From assembly GCA_964016885.1 (NCBI GenBank), contig OZ024742.1, positions 172,484,001 through 172,548,000 of the forward strand: 64,000 bases of DNA, in the 5' to 3' direction. Every line of letters starts with the position of its first letter. Within the stretch, counting starts at the first letter, position 1. Origin of the DNA: Eledone cirrhosa. Taxonomy: Eukaryota. The position numbers were made by a program, and so were the translations under genes. Shown here piece after piece: positions 26,013 through 40,371 of this stretch. The notes below the pieces were generated by a model. That model had not been told where the DNA came from, made no database searches, and saw nothing but the letters and a program-made list of their open reading frames with translations.

Positions 26013-26200
26013 TTATAAGAAACGAAAGGAACTCTGTGGTTACTGTGAAATATGTTTAAGATGGTGGTGTGGACCAAACAAGAGAAGAAAAGAAATACTT
26101 TTTACATCTGATGAAGGATTTATTTTATTCTCTGTTTCGTCCACAACACCATCTTTAACTTTGTTTACAGTAACCACACAGCTCCTTTCGTTTTTTATAA
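26013..26200. repeat. Diverged inverted duplication; related sequence at about 52835-52865 and 53165-53195
   Basis: GAAACGAAAGGA.CT.TGTGGTTACTGT vs ACAGTAACCACACAGCTCCTTTCGTTT. Confidence 0.7.
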
Positions 26201-26748
26201 TCTATATATTTAGCTCCATCATGGATACACTTTACTAAGCGCTCTGGCCATAATAACACTTTTTGTACTGCTTATCCTCAAGAACTATGCCTGTAAATAA
26301 TATTATTCTTTCTTTCCCATTACCTTATCATGTTCCACATCACCCCTTTTTTTTTTCTTGTTCTTTTTACTTAAAAAACGATCTTTGTAAATAATATTAT
26401 TCTTTCTTTCCCATTTTTTTAACATGTTCAACATTCACATTATCTTCTCTACTACACTTTATACCAATACAAATTCCCCCCTTTAATAATGCATAACATG
26501 CTGAAACCGGTAATTGACAATTATTAAATAAATAAATAAAGAAATAAATAAATAAAGAACTAAATAAATGAAGAAATGGTACTGTTAATTAATAAATAAA
26601 TTAACTAATACATTAACACTTCACACAAATTAAAATATTTTCTTTTAAACATTTTCTAACCCAGAAAATAGAGAAGGAAATAAAGGAAAAAAAATATTTT
26701 TCCTCCTAATAATCGTCTTTTTCCTCCTATTTACACACACGCACACAC

Positions 26749-26798
<50 letters not shown>

Positions 26799-26836
26799 GC
26801 ATATATATATATGTATATATATATACACATATATAC

Positions 26837-26875
<39 letters not shown>

Positions 26876-28128
26876 AGAAGGTAGTACAGCATAATCGAAG
26901 CTCTGGTTGAAGGCAAGCTACCGAAAGCAGTCAGAAAGTGCAGCTAAAGCACTCAATGAGGGGTTTTACATTAGAGTGTTAACATTACGTTTAGGCAGCC
27001 ATGCAAATTGAAGACAGCGACCGGTAAGCGTGCCGCTAGGACCAGAACAACGAACAGAACCGACTCAGGAATAGTTTTACACACATACACACACACATAC
27101 ATACAAACATATCCGAAAATAAAAAGAGAGCTAAATAAACCGTAACATACGTTAATACTCTAACAACTTAACATGCCAACCATATCCCCCTCTCACCCAC
27201 CGCCACACACACACATAACTCCCTCGCCCATTTCTACTAACGGAATCATTTTCATACACACACACACAGAAATACATATTCTCTCCATCTTATCATGCTA
27301 ACCATACTCCCACACACACATACAAACACACACATATATAACACCCATACAGACACACACACACAGCTCCAGCTCCCATTTCTACTAATAAAATCATCTT
27401 CCTACACACACACACACACCAGCACACAAATAAACATACACATCTCTACTTTCTTTATTTCAATAGAAAGTCTGAATGTTGCCACCCCAGCACACCTCCC
27501 ATACTCACTGAAGCAGAACAATTCCCTCCATCCCCTTTTTCTTGACCATCATCTTTTGTTTGGCACAACATTTTGTAGATGGCTAAAAAAAAATTCCAAA
27601 ATACGGGCGCGAAATTTAATGTACTTTTTCACGTGACAGTCACAATTTCATTTATAACCAATCAATTTACATTTATAAAAAAAGCCTTCCTCAGCCACAT
27701 TTTAAAGTAAAAAAAATTCAAACACAATCTGGCGCGAAGGCTGATGTGCTTATTCACGGGACTGCATCAACCAACCAAATTTTACTCATATATGAAAAAA
27801 CAATCTGAGCCCCCCCCCCCTCTTTTTTTGAAGGCAAATATAACAAGAACTTCGTAACGCGAACTGGCGCGAAATGTTTTATACTTATTCACACGACAGT
27901 CATAAACCATCCAAATTACTTTTTAAAAAAAGCTAGCATTTCGAGCCACTTTTTTTCATATAAAACAGAAGGAACTTTCGAACACCAACCAGATGCGAGA
28001 AAAGCCACACACCCTCCATCTCAATTCTGCTTTTGAAAAGCACAAGAACTGCAAAACCGGTAAAGGAAACGAATAAATATATGTTTATAAAAAAAGACTC
28101 CAGTTGCATTTTCGATTTCATCTTTTTT

Positions 28129-28182
<54 letters not shown>

Positions 28183-28340
28183 AATGAAGAAAGGGAAATA
28201 AAGCGTCGCGTTAATGCCCTGTAATTTATTGAGCGCGAGGAATAAGTACCGGTCTCTTCATAATATAATAGAAGAAAACACAAACAAGTGTATGGTTTCA
28301 ATTACGAGGGGTAGAGAACCACTAGAATGAAGAACGATAA

Positions 28341-28997
<657 letters not shown>

Positions 28998-29051
28998 TTA
29001 TATATATATATATGTATACACGCACACACACACACACACACACGCACACAT

Positions 29052-29099
<48 letters not shown>

Positions 29100-29509
29100 A
29101 ATTTAATTTGGTGTCAAAATCTCTTTAGTATCCAAACGTTATTCAAAGTTATTTCCCAAAAGGCAGAAATATATTAGTCAACTGACACATATCCCCATGA
29201 CTTTTGTCTCAATATTGGCAAGAGATTTTTTTTCTTATCTACAAAATCTTGCGAATATTTCTATTGCAAATAATGATACTTTAGTTTATAGACTATATTT
29301 TCAATATATATTTCATTATATTCCGAACACTTTCAGTTTATTTTATTGTATACTTTTACATATATTTATTTTAAAATATCGCAAATACAGTTAAACTTCT
29401 GTTCCTCACTGCATTTCTTGCCCGTTCCATCTCATTCCATCTCGGTAATATTATTATGATTTAATTAACTCCACAGAAAGTGATCTCCGATTTACACTTG
29501 ATATGGTTC

Positions 29510-29930
29510 ATGCCTAGTGCTGCATGGCTGGAATGAAAATAAGTGCTGTGCAAACTGAGACACTCGTCCTCTCAAGGAGGATTGCGTAGTGCACTGTACA
29601 TGTGAAGGGAGTACACTGAAGCAAATAGAGGAGTTGAAGTATATCGGGGCCATGTCGGCGAATGATTAAATGGAGGAGGCTGAAATGAGTGCAAGTATTG
29701 CAGGAGCTGTAGCAATAATGCACCAGCTCCAGCATTCGGTTATCAGGAGACGGGTAGGCGTAAAAGCAAAACTCGCTATCCTCAAATAGGGATTCGTGCC
29801 AACCCTTACCTGAGGTCATAAATCTTGGGTAATGATCCAAAGAATACGTTCGCGAATTCAAGCGGCCGAAATGGTGTTCTTCAGAAAGGTCTTTGGTATA
29901 AGGTTAATCGATGGAGTGCGTAGCTCGAGG
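29510..29930 (+). pseudogene. Degenerate RTE-like LINE fragment followed by (GAA)n
   Basis: MKISAVQTETLVLSR and RIRSRIQAAEMVFFRKVFGIRLIDGVRSS resemble RTE RT C-terminal segments; multiple stops. Confidence 0.6.
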
Positions 29931-29974
29931 AAGAAGAAGAAGAAGAAGAAGGAGAAGGAGGAGAAGAAGAAGAA

Positions 29975-30021
<47 letters not shown>

Positions 30022-30206
30022 AGAAGAAGATATGCGCTAAATTATCTTTTCTTTCTATTTCAGTATTTCTTAAGCATGCATTTATTTCAACCGCGCAGTT
30101 GTGGTTATAGGGTTAACATTTCCACATCACAGAGTGGTATTTAACAATACCAGTTTACTAATGGCTTGTAAGTGGAACCTGTAGAATATCGTCGTATACA
30201 TAATAA

Positions 30207-30651
30207 TAACTGTTTCTACTTTTGGCACAGGCCCAGCAATTACCCGGTGCATTAGTGGTACTCTATTTTATCGACCCCGTAAGGATTAAAGGCAAAGTTA
30301 ACCTCGACGGGATTTGAACTCAGAATGGCAAAGACTGTAACTCTATGCGTCATAAAGCGTCGTAATTATGCTGAAAAGCATGGTGTACGACTCTCTACCG
30401 ATACTGCCAATACACCGCCCTATACATAACAATAATTGTTTCTACTTTTGGCACAAGGCCAAAATATTGGTTCTACTTTTGGCACAAGACCAGCAATCAT
30501 CCCAGTGTATTACTGGTACTTTATTTTATCGACCCAGTAAGGATGATGGCAAAGTTAACCTCGGTTAGATTTGAACTCAGATCATAAAGGGTCGTAACTC
30601 TTTGCTTTAAATCTTGTTGTCCAACCCTCTACCGATACTGCCAATCCACCC
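30207..30651 (-). mobile_element. Tandem pair of tRNA-derived SINEs
   Basis: Copies at about 30207-30419 and 30432-30651; more diverged plus-strand relatives at about 30710-31245. Confidence 0.75.
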
Positions 30652-31279
30652 CCTATACATAATAATAATAACAAGAACAATGATAATTATAATTCTTAAT
30701 AAGATTAGGCCGAACGATTGGTAGCATCATTTAAGCTTCAGAGAAAATACTTTACATCATTCGATCCAGTACTCTGTGCTTGGGGTTGAAATTTTTCCGG
30801 ACAACACCGTCTGTCACAATTCCAGGTCGATACAATAAGTACTGGGACACTTTTTCTTGATTTCTGTCAATGTTAGAAATAATTATTTGTGTGGTGGTTT
30901 GTCAGAATCGTTAAATTGTATGATAGAAAGATTTACAATATGTTGTCTTGTATTCTTCTCTAATAGTGCTGGGTGATTGCATAAACTAGAAATAATTATG
31001 TAGAACGGTGGAATAGCAATACTGTTAGAGCGTCGAACAAAATGGATTTGCGCGCGCTTTTCAGTGAATATTTATACTTATTCCCATTGTTGATTAGTTT
31101 TATATTCTAACTTTAAATCCAACCGAGAACAACTGTGTTTTCCATTCTTACGGGCTAATATAATATAAACAGCCACTCATGACATCTTAAACAACTTTGC
31201 CCGCCCGAAAATTGTTGGCCTTGTGCCTAAATCCGAAATCATTATTATTATGCGCTGATGCAACGACATCTCCAGCTCT

Positions 31280-31790
31280 TTCTTGAGGGTGAGCAAGTGT
31301 GGGTGCCATTTACTGGACGCGTTTTTCCCCAGCAGTTCTCCTTGACTAAACTGCAATCTTGGGTGAAGTGAAGATCAAGTGGGAGCGTTTAGAGACTGCA
31401 ATGTTCTCAGGCACCCACAACCCTCAGCCGATCGGGCATGATAGGTAAATACTCCACTTTGGCGGTCTATAGAGAGTTAGTTGTGGGAAAGAGCGACAAC
31501 ATGATTGGGGAGACCCTAGACGCCGATGAATATCAACTAGCCAATCTCTTCGAGACAACTTTCGGGACGGGCTTATGCACAATTTCCAGAAATCTCTGGT
31601 CTGGCAGTACTACCGAGGAGCTTTGCCTGTTCGGGATAACCTCTACAGGCGTAAAAGTGCCATTAGCCGGACAGGTCCGAGATGCGTGCAGGGCGAGGAA
31701 ACCGTATTGCATGCATTCTTCGAGTGTCCGAGCATTGCTGAATTGTGGTTTATGTCGAACACTTGTTGTCTTGTGTAGGACGAATCCGGC
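31280..31790 (+). pseudogene. L1/Tx1-like LINE C-terminal (zf-RVT) fragment
   Basis: FQKSLVWQYYRGALPVRDNL..GPRCVQGEETVLHAFFECP..ELW (degenerate CCHC); followed by (AGT)n. Confidence 0.6.
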
Positions 31791-31836
31791 TAGTAGCAGT
31801 AGTAGTAGTAGTAGTAACAGCAGCAGCAGCAGTAAC

Positions 31837-31894
<58 letters not shown>

Positions 31895-32428
31895 AACGAA
31901 GTAGTAGCTGCAGCAGCAGCAAAAGTCAATAGGTCCAACAGTCAAGCTTAAAATATTTCGCAGGCGCAATTAAAATCAAATTGAAGTATAATTCCTGCCA
32001 TGTATTATCTATATATGTTTGTATGAACGTATGTAGGTGTCTGTGTATATGTATATTTAACCAACACTAAAAATATTCTCACGCACATAAAGAATGGAAC
32101 AATTACTACTTCTAATTTCTACTCCCTTTTAAATGACAAAATTATTGTTTTTCTTGTTTGTAATTACTATTTAATTTATGAAAACATCCTTAATCATGGA
32201 GACAATAGTAATTGAATGACATATGTACACTCATATTCATATGTATACACATATATATAAATTTACATACATATGCATACATCTATATATATATATATAC
32301 ATGTATATACATGCATATACATACATATACATACATATACATGTACAAATACATATATAAATACATATATATATATTCACCAACCAATAAATGTAATGAA
32401 GGAGTAACAAATCGTCCTTGTTACCTTT

Positions 32429-32466
<38 letters not shown>

Positions 32467-32477
32467 CATACTATATA

Positions 32478-32549
<72 letters not shown>

Positions 32550-32556
32550 TATACAG

Positions 32557-32669
<113 letters not shown>

Positions 32670-32755
32670 GTATTTGTACATGTATGTATATGTATGTATA
32701 TATATGTATATATATACATACAAACATATATATGTATATATATATATATACATAC

Positions 32756-32797
<42 letters not shown>

Positions 32798-32903
32798 CCA
32801 GGGAGTGTAACTATAGGTTACTATAGGTTCGCCCGGGTGAGCATTCAATGTTTCGGTTCACTTTAGTGTCTAGGTGTAGAGCTAGACAGAGTGTATTACT
32901 AGG

Positions 32904-32988
32904 GGTCCGACGAGCCGTGGGGTACAGAGTCGGGCAAGGTCGATACAGATCGAACCTTGAGCTGATCAGTGGCGAAACGCGCGTCACC
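32904..32988 (+). ncRNA. Hammerhead-like motif, CCGA core variant, extended stem II
   Basis: GGT-CCGACGA-GCC...(CAAGGTCGAT acag ATCGAACCTTG hairpin)...GGC-GAAAC gcgc GTC-ACC within (TA)n-flanked element 32797-33041. Confidence 0.6.
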
Positions 32989-33037
32989 AACCAATAAATG
33001 TAATAAAGGAGTAACATTTCGTTTTTTTATCTTTTCA

Positions 33038-33109
<72 letters not shown>

Positions 33110-33179
33110 GTATACATAGAACACTTAAAGGTACTATCCGTAGTGGTAGAGCACTCAGTCAATGGGGCGAGTTAGGTAG

Positions 33180-34701
33180 AAGTGGTTACGCAACAGTTAG
33201 TTCACCATACCGAGAACAACTGTTTCACCTTAGCGCATCCTCAGCTCGTAATGGACATGGTTATACTGAACAGAAAGGACAACCGTACGAACGCGCATGC
33301 GCAGAAACCGGTTACTTCACACAGGCAATACTAATATGCGTGTGAGAGGTGTAAGGGAGATAACTACGAAATTCCGAAAAGTGTCTAGCTGATAAGAAAA
33401 TGTTGATGTTGTAATTCAATCCGGAGCTTTGTAGTTATGCAAGAGGTGTTTCGAGATATGTGGACAATGCGTGAAGAATTCAATTCTTGTGTTTAGGCAA
33501 TCAGTATTGCATAATCTCTTTAGAATATTTATTCGTTCATCAATACATAGTCCACACGACGGATGTCCCCTTGTGTATGGCTTGGACTTAGTGATGGATT
33601 TGAATGGAGTAGTCTATACTTGAGTCCTTGAGGGACCATACCTGGCTCACGAGTTTCGTGGATGAACGTCTGTCTGGGTATCTAAAGGTCGACTGGTAGT
33701 TCAGGAAACGTTCCTTAAATCGGCCCTCCGCCATACCCACATAGGATTTGTGGTTGATTTGGTCAGCTGGAAGTGACCACAGCTTCATAAATTACAGCGG
33801 GTGTGTTGCATTGCTATTGAAGGGGACAAGCTTCGGGCTTACGGCAAGAGCACCCTGGTGGAGTGTTGCTCCTAGGGCTGCTGGTGAGGTGGGCCTTCAT
33901 GTTCTTAGCACAGCAGTATTATAGTTTTACTTTGTATCTGTTAAATATGGAGCGGTATTTATGACATATGGGAAAGTGTCTATCCAAGAGCGCTAGACAT
34001 TTCTTGCCTACATTGGTTTTAACGTTCTCACTCAACATCAAAACAAATGTAGGCAAAACATTTCTAGCCTTCTTAGATAGAAACTCTCCCATAGGTCATA
34101 CATACCTGAAATTTATGAAGCTCTGGTCACTTCCAACCGACCAAATCAACCATAGGAGGTCAAATCCTATGTCGGTATGACGGTGGGCCGATTTAAGGAA
34201 CGTTTCCTAAACCACCTGTCGACCTTTAGGTACCCGGACAGACGTTCATCCACAAAATTTGCGAGCCACGTATGGTCCCTCAAGGACTCAAGTATAGACT
34301 ACTCCATTCAATGTAAAGCTATCACAGAGTCCAAGCCATACGCAAGGGGAAACTCCGTCGTGTGGACTATGTATTGATAAACGAATAAATATTCTAAAGA
34401 GAGTATGCAATACTGATTGCCTAAACACGAGTAATGAATTCTTTACACGTTGTCCACACGTCTCGAAACACCTCTTGCATAACTACAAAGCTCCGGATTG
34501 AATTACAACAACATCATCATTTTCTTATCAACTAGAAACTTTTCGGACTTTCGCAGTTATCTCCCTCACGCCTCACGCACGCATTTTAGGACGTACGGTT
34601 GTCCTTCCTGTTCAGTATAATCATGTCCATTACGAACTGAGGATCCACTAAGGTGAAACAATTGTTCTCAGCATGGTGAACTAACTGTTGTGTAACCACT
34701 T
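33180..34701. mobile_element. Head-to-head palindromic remnant of a PLE (GIY-YIG end + pLTR with hammerhead)
   Basis: 33180-33793 vs 34109-34701, inversion centre near 34025; NVKTNVGK, CRKPEACPL..VIYEA, YVGM..FKERF..ST..S.VWSLK; CGAG-CTGAGGA..GAAAC agtt GTT-CTCG at 33211-33248 (-) and a copy at 34633-34670 (+). Confidence 0.8.
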
Positions 34702-35524
34702 ATATATATATATATATATATATATATACCCCTCTGCTTACATATGTAAGTATATGTATATATACTTACATATGTAAGCAGAACGGGTAAGTGGCGTAGT
34801 GTTTACAGTATTCGTCTCACAATTATTAGGTTCTGTTTTTAATTCCTGGGATAATGCTGTGTCATTGAACCATGCAATTAAATTCCCGTTGTTCCAGTCT
34901 ATTCCGCTGGTAAAAAAGAAATATACCTCTAACTAATCAAAATGGAAACTCTTCAAAAACCTATATCATGCTGAATCTTACTGAATCTTACCGAGAAATA
35001 CGTTAAGTGTATTCTCGTATTCATGGAATTTTCATCCGGAGAATAATAAAAGAAAAAACTGGTCCCATTTTTCAAATAACTAAAACACTGGTCGTCGAAA
35101 CAGACCGAGTTCAACAGCGTGCATGCACCATTTCTCCATATTGTGCATACATACATGCACACATACCGACACACACATAGCTACCACTCTCTTTAAATTA
35201 GGAAATCCTGCTGATAAGTCATCCCCAGTGATAGATAAGCCACTAGAGGAATATGACATTAGTATTATTATTATTAATATTATTACTATTATCAACAAAC
35301 ATACCAACGGGATGAAGAAGAGTAACGAGTTAATTATATAACTAGTAACGGATGGTAGACTCAGAGGAACACCGGAAGAACGAGTTTTAGTATTTAATTT
35401 AGTATTTAGTATTAAGTAACTATCCTTTGGGCATTGAATCAGCATTCCATATATGTCTGTTCCACCGGATCTCCACATGGGGGAGAAAAACCGAATGAAT
35501 ATATATATGTATATATATATATAC

Positions 35525-35588
<64 letters not shown>

Positions 35589-35589
35589 C

Positions 35590-35763
<174 letters not shown>

Positions 35764-36964
35764 GATAGATTATATATGAAAAGTGACAACGGTTTGAAAA
35801 AGAACTTGTGTGTTTTTATTCTCATTCCAGCTCACTTTATATATATATATATATATTATATATATATATATATATACATAACTGTGTGTGTGTGCGTGTG
35901 TGTGTATGTGAGAGGTATGTGTGTGTGTATGTGTGTGTGAGTGGGCGTGTGAGTTTGTGAGTGTGTGCTTGCGTGTATGTGTGTGTGTGAGTGTGTGTTT
36001 GTGTACGTAAATGTTTGTGTAAAACGGCGTAGTATTTATTTCTGATAGGCTCTCAACGTGACCAAGCCATGCAGCAATAAGCTAACGGCAACAAACCAGC
36101 TCTTAGGTACCGATACCATTTCTTTTGCGAATAGCAAACTGTGCGTCGTCAACTAACCCTTCCATGAACTCTCACAAATCAGAAAAATGAGTTTTCTTTC
36201 TGTACCGTAGAATATATAAGGTTGTCTGTTTGTGGTATCCGCAAAGCAAATCTTTGCATGCGCTACACAGAAAATCTCATTTTGTAGGGACACATCCTTG
36301 TGTGACATAAGTCTAACTCCCAGAGGCTCATTAAGATGATACGTTTCCCCGCTTCTCTTGAGCATTAAACTCTTGAGCATACACTTGTCCATCACAGAGT
36401 TAAATCCCCAGCTACGTCTGGTATTCATTATATACTGAGTATACTAGAAAAACATGAAATGTAGTGTTTTGTTTAAAAACAGAACACACAAACATGGGGA
36501 GGTAAAGGACCTATGAATTATGATCATAGATTCTCCAACAATTCAATTCGATTTACTGATGCGTCAAAAGCTGAAAATTGAAATTAATAATTACGAGAAA
36601 GAACACATAACCAATGGATAAATACGTTGCGAGATTCATCAAACATGAAATCTGTATATTGATATATTTGCTTCGTTTAATGATTAGAAAAGAAGAATAT
36701 ATAATTCCGTATTTTTAAAAATCTATATTTGGAATTTACTCTTTGCTAATATGCATAAATATATTTTTTCGGATTTAGTCACATGTGGCAATACGTTTTA
36801 GCTGCGCTCAGTGGCACCTTGTGTAATTAAGGGTTGGATACGACTGGTTAAAATGATTGAAACCCTAAATCTACCATCAATGAAACAAACCAAAGTAAAG
36901 TCGTAACTCCAATCATCGCAGCTTACATATACGCGTAACCTTCATTCCTGTCAGGGTACTGACA

Positions 36965-36995
<31 letters not shown>

Positions 36996-37062
36996 ATATA
37001 TTTATATATGTATGTATCTCTCTCTCTCTCTTTCTCTATATCTCTATCTCTCCCTCTCTCTC

Positions 37063-37192
<130 letters not shown>

Positions 37193-37710
37193 TACTGTTT
37201 AGCAAAGGAATTGGAGAACGCAACGTATAAATCATCATCATCAGGTTAATTCACGAGGGGCGGGCATAAAAACAGTTAAATAAAATAAAGTAACTAGTTA
37301 TATTATCTAGCATGCAATAATACAAAGTGGGCGTTTGGACTATACATTCCATTAAATAGGTCATAATTATTTTATACTTAGTGATATCAGGATAATTAAT
37401 CTGAACATTAGACAGAATTTGGGTTAAATAAACATGCCAAGAGAAAAGGGGTATGGAAAATATAAAACATAAAGCCAACTATATCAAATAACTTGATGTT
37501 AATCGCATGAAACTTCTCTGTAATACAAAGCATGTCATGGGGGGAATTTTACGAGGGAACCATTTAGAAGTATAAGTAAAAGAAATATAATCAAAGATGA
37601 TGAAGTCAACGAAAACCGTGATACGGCAAATGAATTTAGAACAAAATGAACAGAGTCGGCTTGAGATTACAGATTTATTTAGATTATTTGACCAAGCACT
37701 GTATGTATGG

Positions 37711-37792
<82 letters not shown>

Positions 37793-38230
37793 TCCATACA
37801 TATATATATATATAGTTCCATACATACATATATATATATAGTTCCATACATACAGTAGTTGTTCAGATAATCTAAATAATGTATAAATATATACATAAAT
37901 AATGGTTTCCACCTGTTTATGGTGTGGCAGATGACATTGTTAAAACTCGATGCAGCCTTGAATATATGGTTTGAACGAGATTAGGTGGTGAGAGCTATAA
38001 TATTTGTTGTAAACTCTCATAGCTCATACCATAAGATGCCCTTAAAGATTCGACACGAATTAGATAGTAATTTATATATGTCTGTGTATGTTTGTTCAAT
38101 GAAAATAAAACAAAGTCGAAGATTGGTTCTTAAGTAGTGTTTTTTTTGGGTTTTTTGATCGTTTCAGAGGGATGTTTGATTATAGTAAATTGATATATTG
38201 TTTAACATGTAGTTTGTATGTCACTACCTA

Positions 38231-38973
38231 TTTCTAGTCTCGAAATCAATGATCTGTCATACCGACGTATGTATGAATATAAACACATATATATGCATAC
38301 TCATATATATCCATATCTACACACATACACACATAAATATATATATATACATATATACATGGTGGCTGCCAACTCGTTTTCAAGTACGGCCAATACTTTA
38401 TATCCATGTAGGAGAACCCCTACCGATGCGCTGAACGAGTGTGACTCTTTAGTCCAGCCAGCGACTTGAAAACTCTGGTACAAACACTACACTTGTGACA
38501 ATTATTGACACATAGTGCTTTGCCTTTGGTACCATGTGACGACAAGTGCAGAGAGATCTCCAGATACAAAGCAATGCCCCTGCCGTGAAGCTTTTATAGT
38601 GAGCAAAGGCACTGCACAAAGCCATTCCCACTCTCTTAACCAAGATGATATTTACCAAAAAGAAGAACAAGTCAACATCATTGGATACCATCAGGGTTGC
38701 AGGTGTTATATCAGAGTTTTCCTTCTCCTAGAATTCTGCCTTGACAAAGGCTAAGGGGTCATCTCTCCCAGTGATTTTGGATGGCCATTGACTCTTAAGA
38801 GCTCCTTTGCCCTTTGACAGGTTTTGTTTTTAGTCCTGCAGGATGTGCAAAGTCACCCTCCTCACCAAGAAACCTTGGTTGGGTTGCCAGTTTAGTCGCC
38901 AACGACCCGACCATGAGACATGTTGTACTGGGATACATGTTACCAGTAGCACCAAGTGGTGACCTGACATACA

Positions 38974-39021
<48 letters not shown>

Positions 39022-39035
39022 GACCCACACGCGCG

Positions 39036-39066
<31 letters not shown>

Positions 39067-39073
39067 TTATATA

Positions 39074-39136
<63 letters not shown>

Positions 39137-39933
39137 CTTTATATACATATATATTTATGTGTGTATGTGTGTATATATGGATATATATGAGTATATATGG
39201 ATATATATGAGTATACTTATGTCAGGTCACCAGTTGGTGCTACTGGTAACATGTATCCCAGTACAACCTGTCTCATGGTCGGGTCGTTGGCGACTAAACT
39301 GGCAACCCCACCAAGGTTTCTTGGTGAGGAGGGTGACTTTGGACATCCTGCAGGACTAAAAACAAAACCTGTCAAAGGGCAAAGGAGCTCTTAAGAGTCA
39401 ATGGCCATCCAAAATCACCGGGAGAGATGACCCCTTTAGCCTTAGTCAAGGCAGAATTCTAGGAGAAGGAAAACTCTGATATAACACCTGCAACCCTGAT
39501 GGTATCCAATGATGTTGACTTGTTCTTCTTTTTGGTAAATAGCATCTTGGTTAAGAGAGTGGGACTGGCTTTGTGCAGTGCCTTTGCTCACTATAAAAGC
39601 TTCACGGCACAGGCATTGCTTTATATCTGGAGATCTCTCTGCACTTGTCCTCACATGGGCCCAGCACTATGTGTCAATAGTTGTCCTACCATGGGCCTAG
39701 CACTATGTGTCAATGGTTGTCACAGGTGTAGTGTTTGTACCAGAGGTTTCAAGTCGCTGGCTGGACTAAAAAGTCACACTCGTTCAGCGCTTCGGTAGGG
39801 GTTATCCTACATGGATGTAAGGTAGTGGCCGTACTCGAAAACGAGTTGGCAGCCACCATATGAGTATGCATATATATGTGTTTATATTTATACATACATC
39901 GGTATGACGGATCCTTGGTTTCGTGACTAGAAA
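38231..39933. repeat. Large inverted duplication (about 740-bp arms) of an internally deleted RTE-like element around a (TA/CA)n spacer
   Basis: 38231-38972 vs 39218-39933; CSVCTRGFKSLAGLKSHTRS resembles the C2H2-type end of RTE ORFs (family call is tentative). Confidence 0.75.
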
Positions 39934-39934
39934 C

Positions 39935-40371
39935 TCCACCTTGATATAAGAATAATTTTCCATAAAAGGGGTGGACATTGCGTAAAAGCAATTAAACCCA
40001 CCAATATTTTGGGGCATGGTGGACGAATTGTAGACCTATGGAAACTATCTAAAACATGCATGTTTCTAAAAGACTTCTGCATCGAAATATTTTAGCGCAA
40101 ATGCCTGAAAATTATCAGGAATATTACCAATACCACAAACATGTTATCATAACTATATATGTGTGTGCATGTGTATTGGTAATATTCCTGATAATTTTCA
40201 GGCAATTGCGTTGAAATATTTCGATGTAGAAGTCTTTTAGACACTTGTATGTTTTAGATAGTTTCCATAGGTCTACAATTATCCCACCATGCCTCAAAAT
40301 ATTGCTGGGTTTAATTGCTTTTATGCAATGTCCACGCCTTTTATGGAAAATTATTCTTATATCTAGGTGGA
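39935..40371. repeat. Inverted duplication, about 200-bp arms, 40-bp spacer with short microsatellite
   Basis: 39935-40133 vs 40173-40371. Confidence 0.9.
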
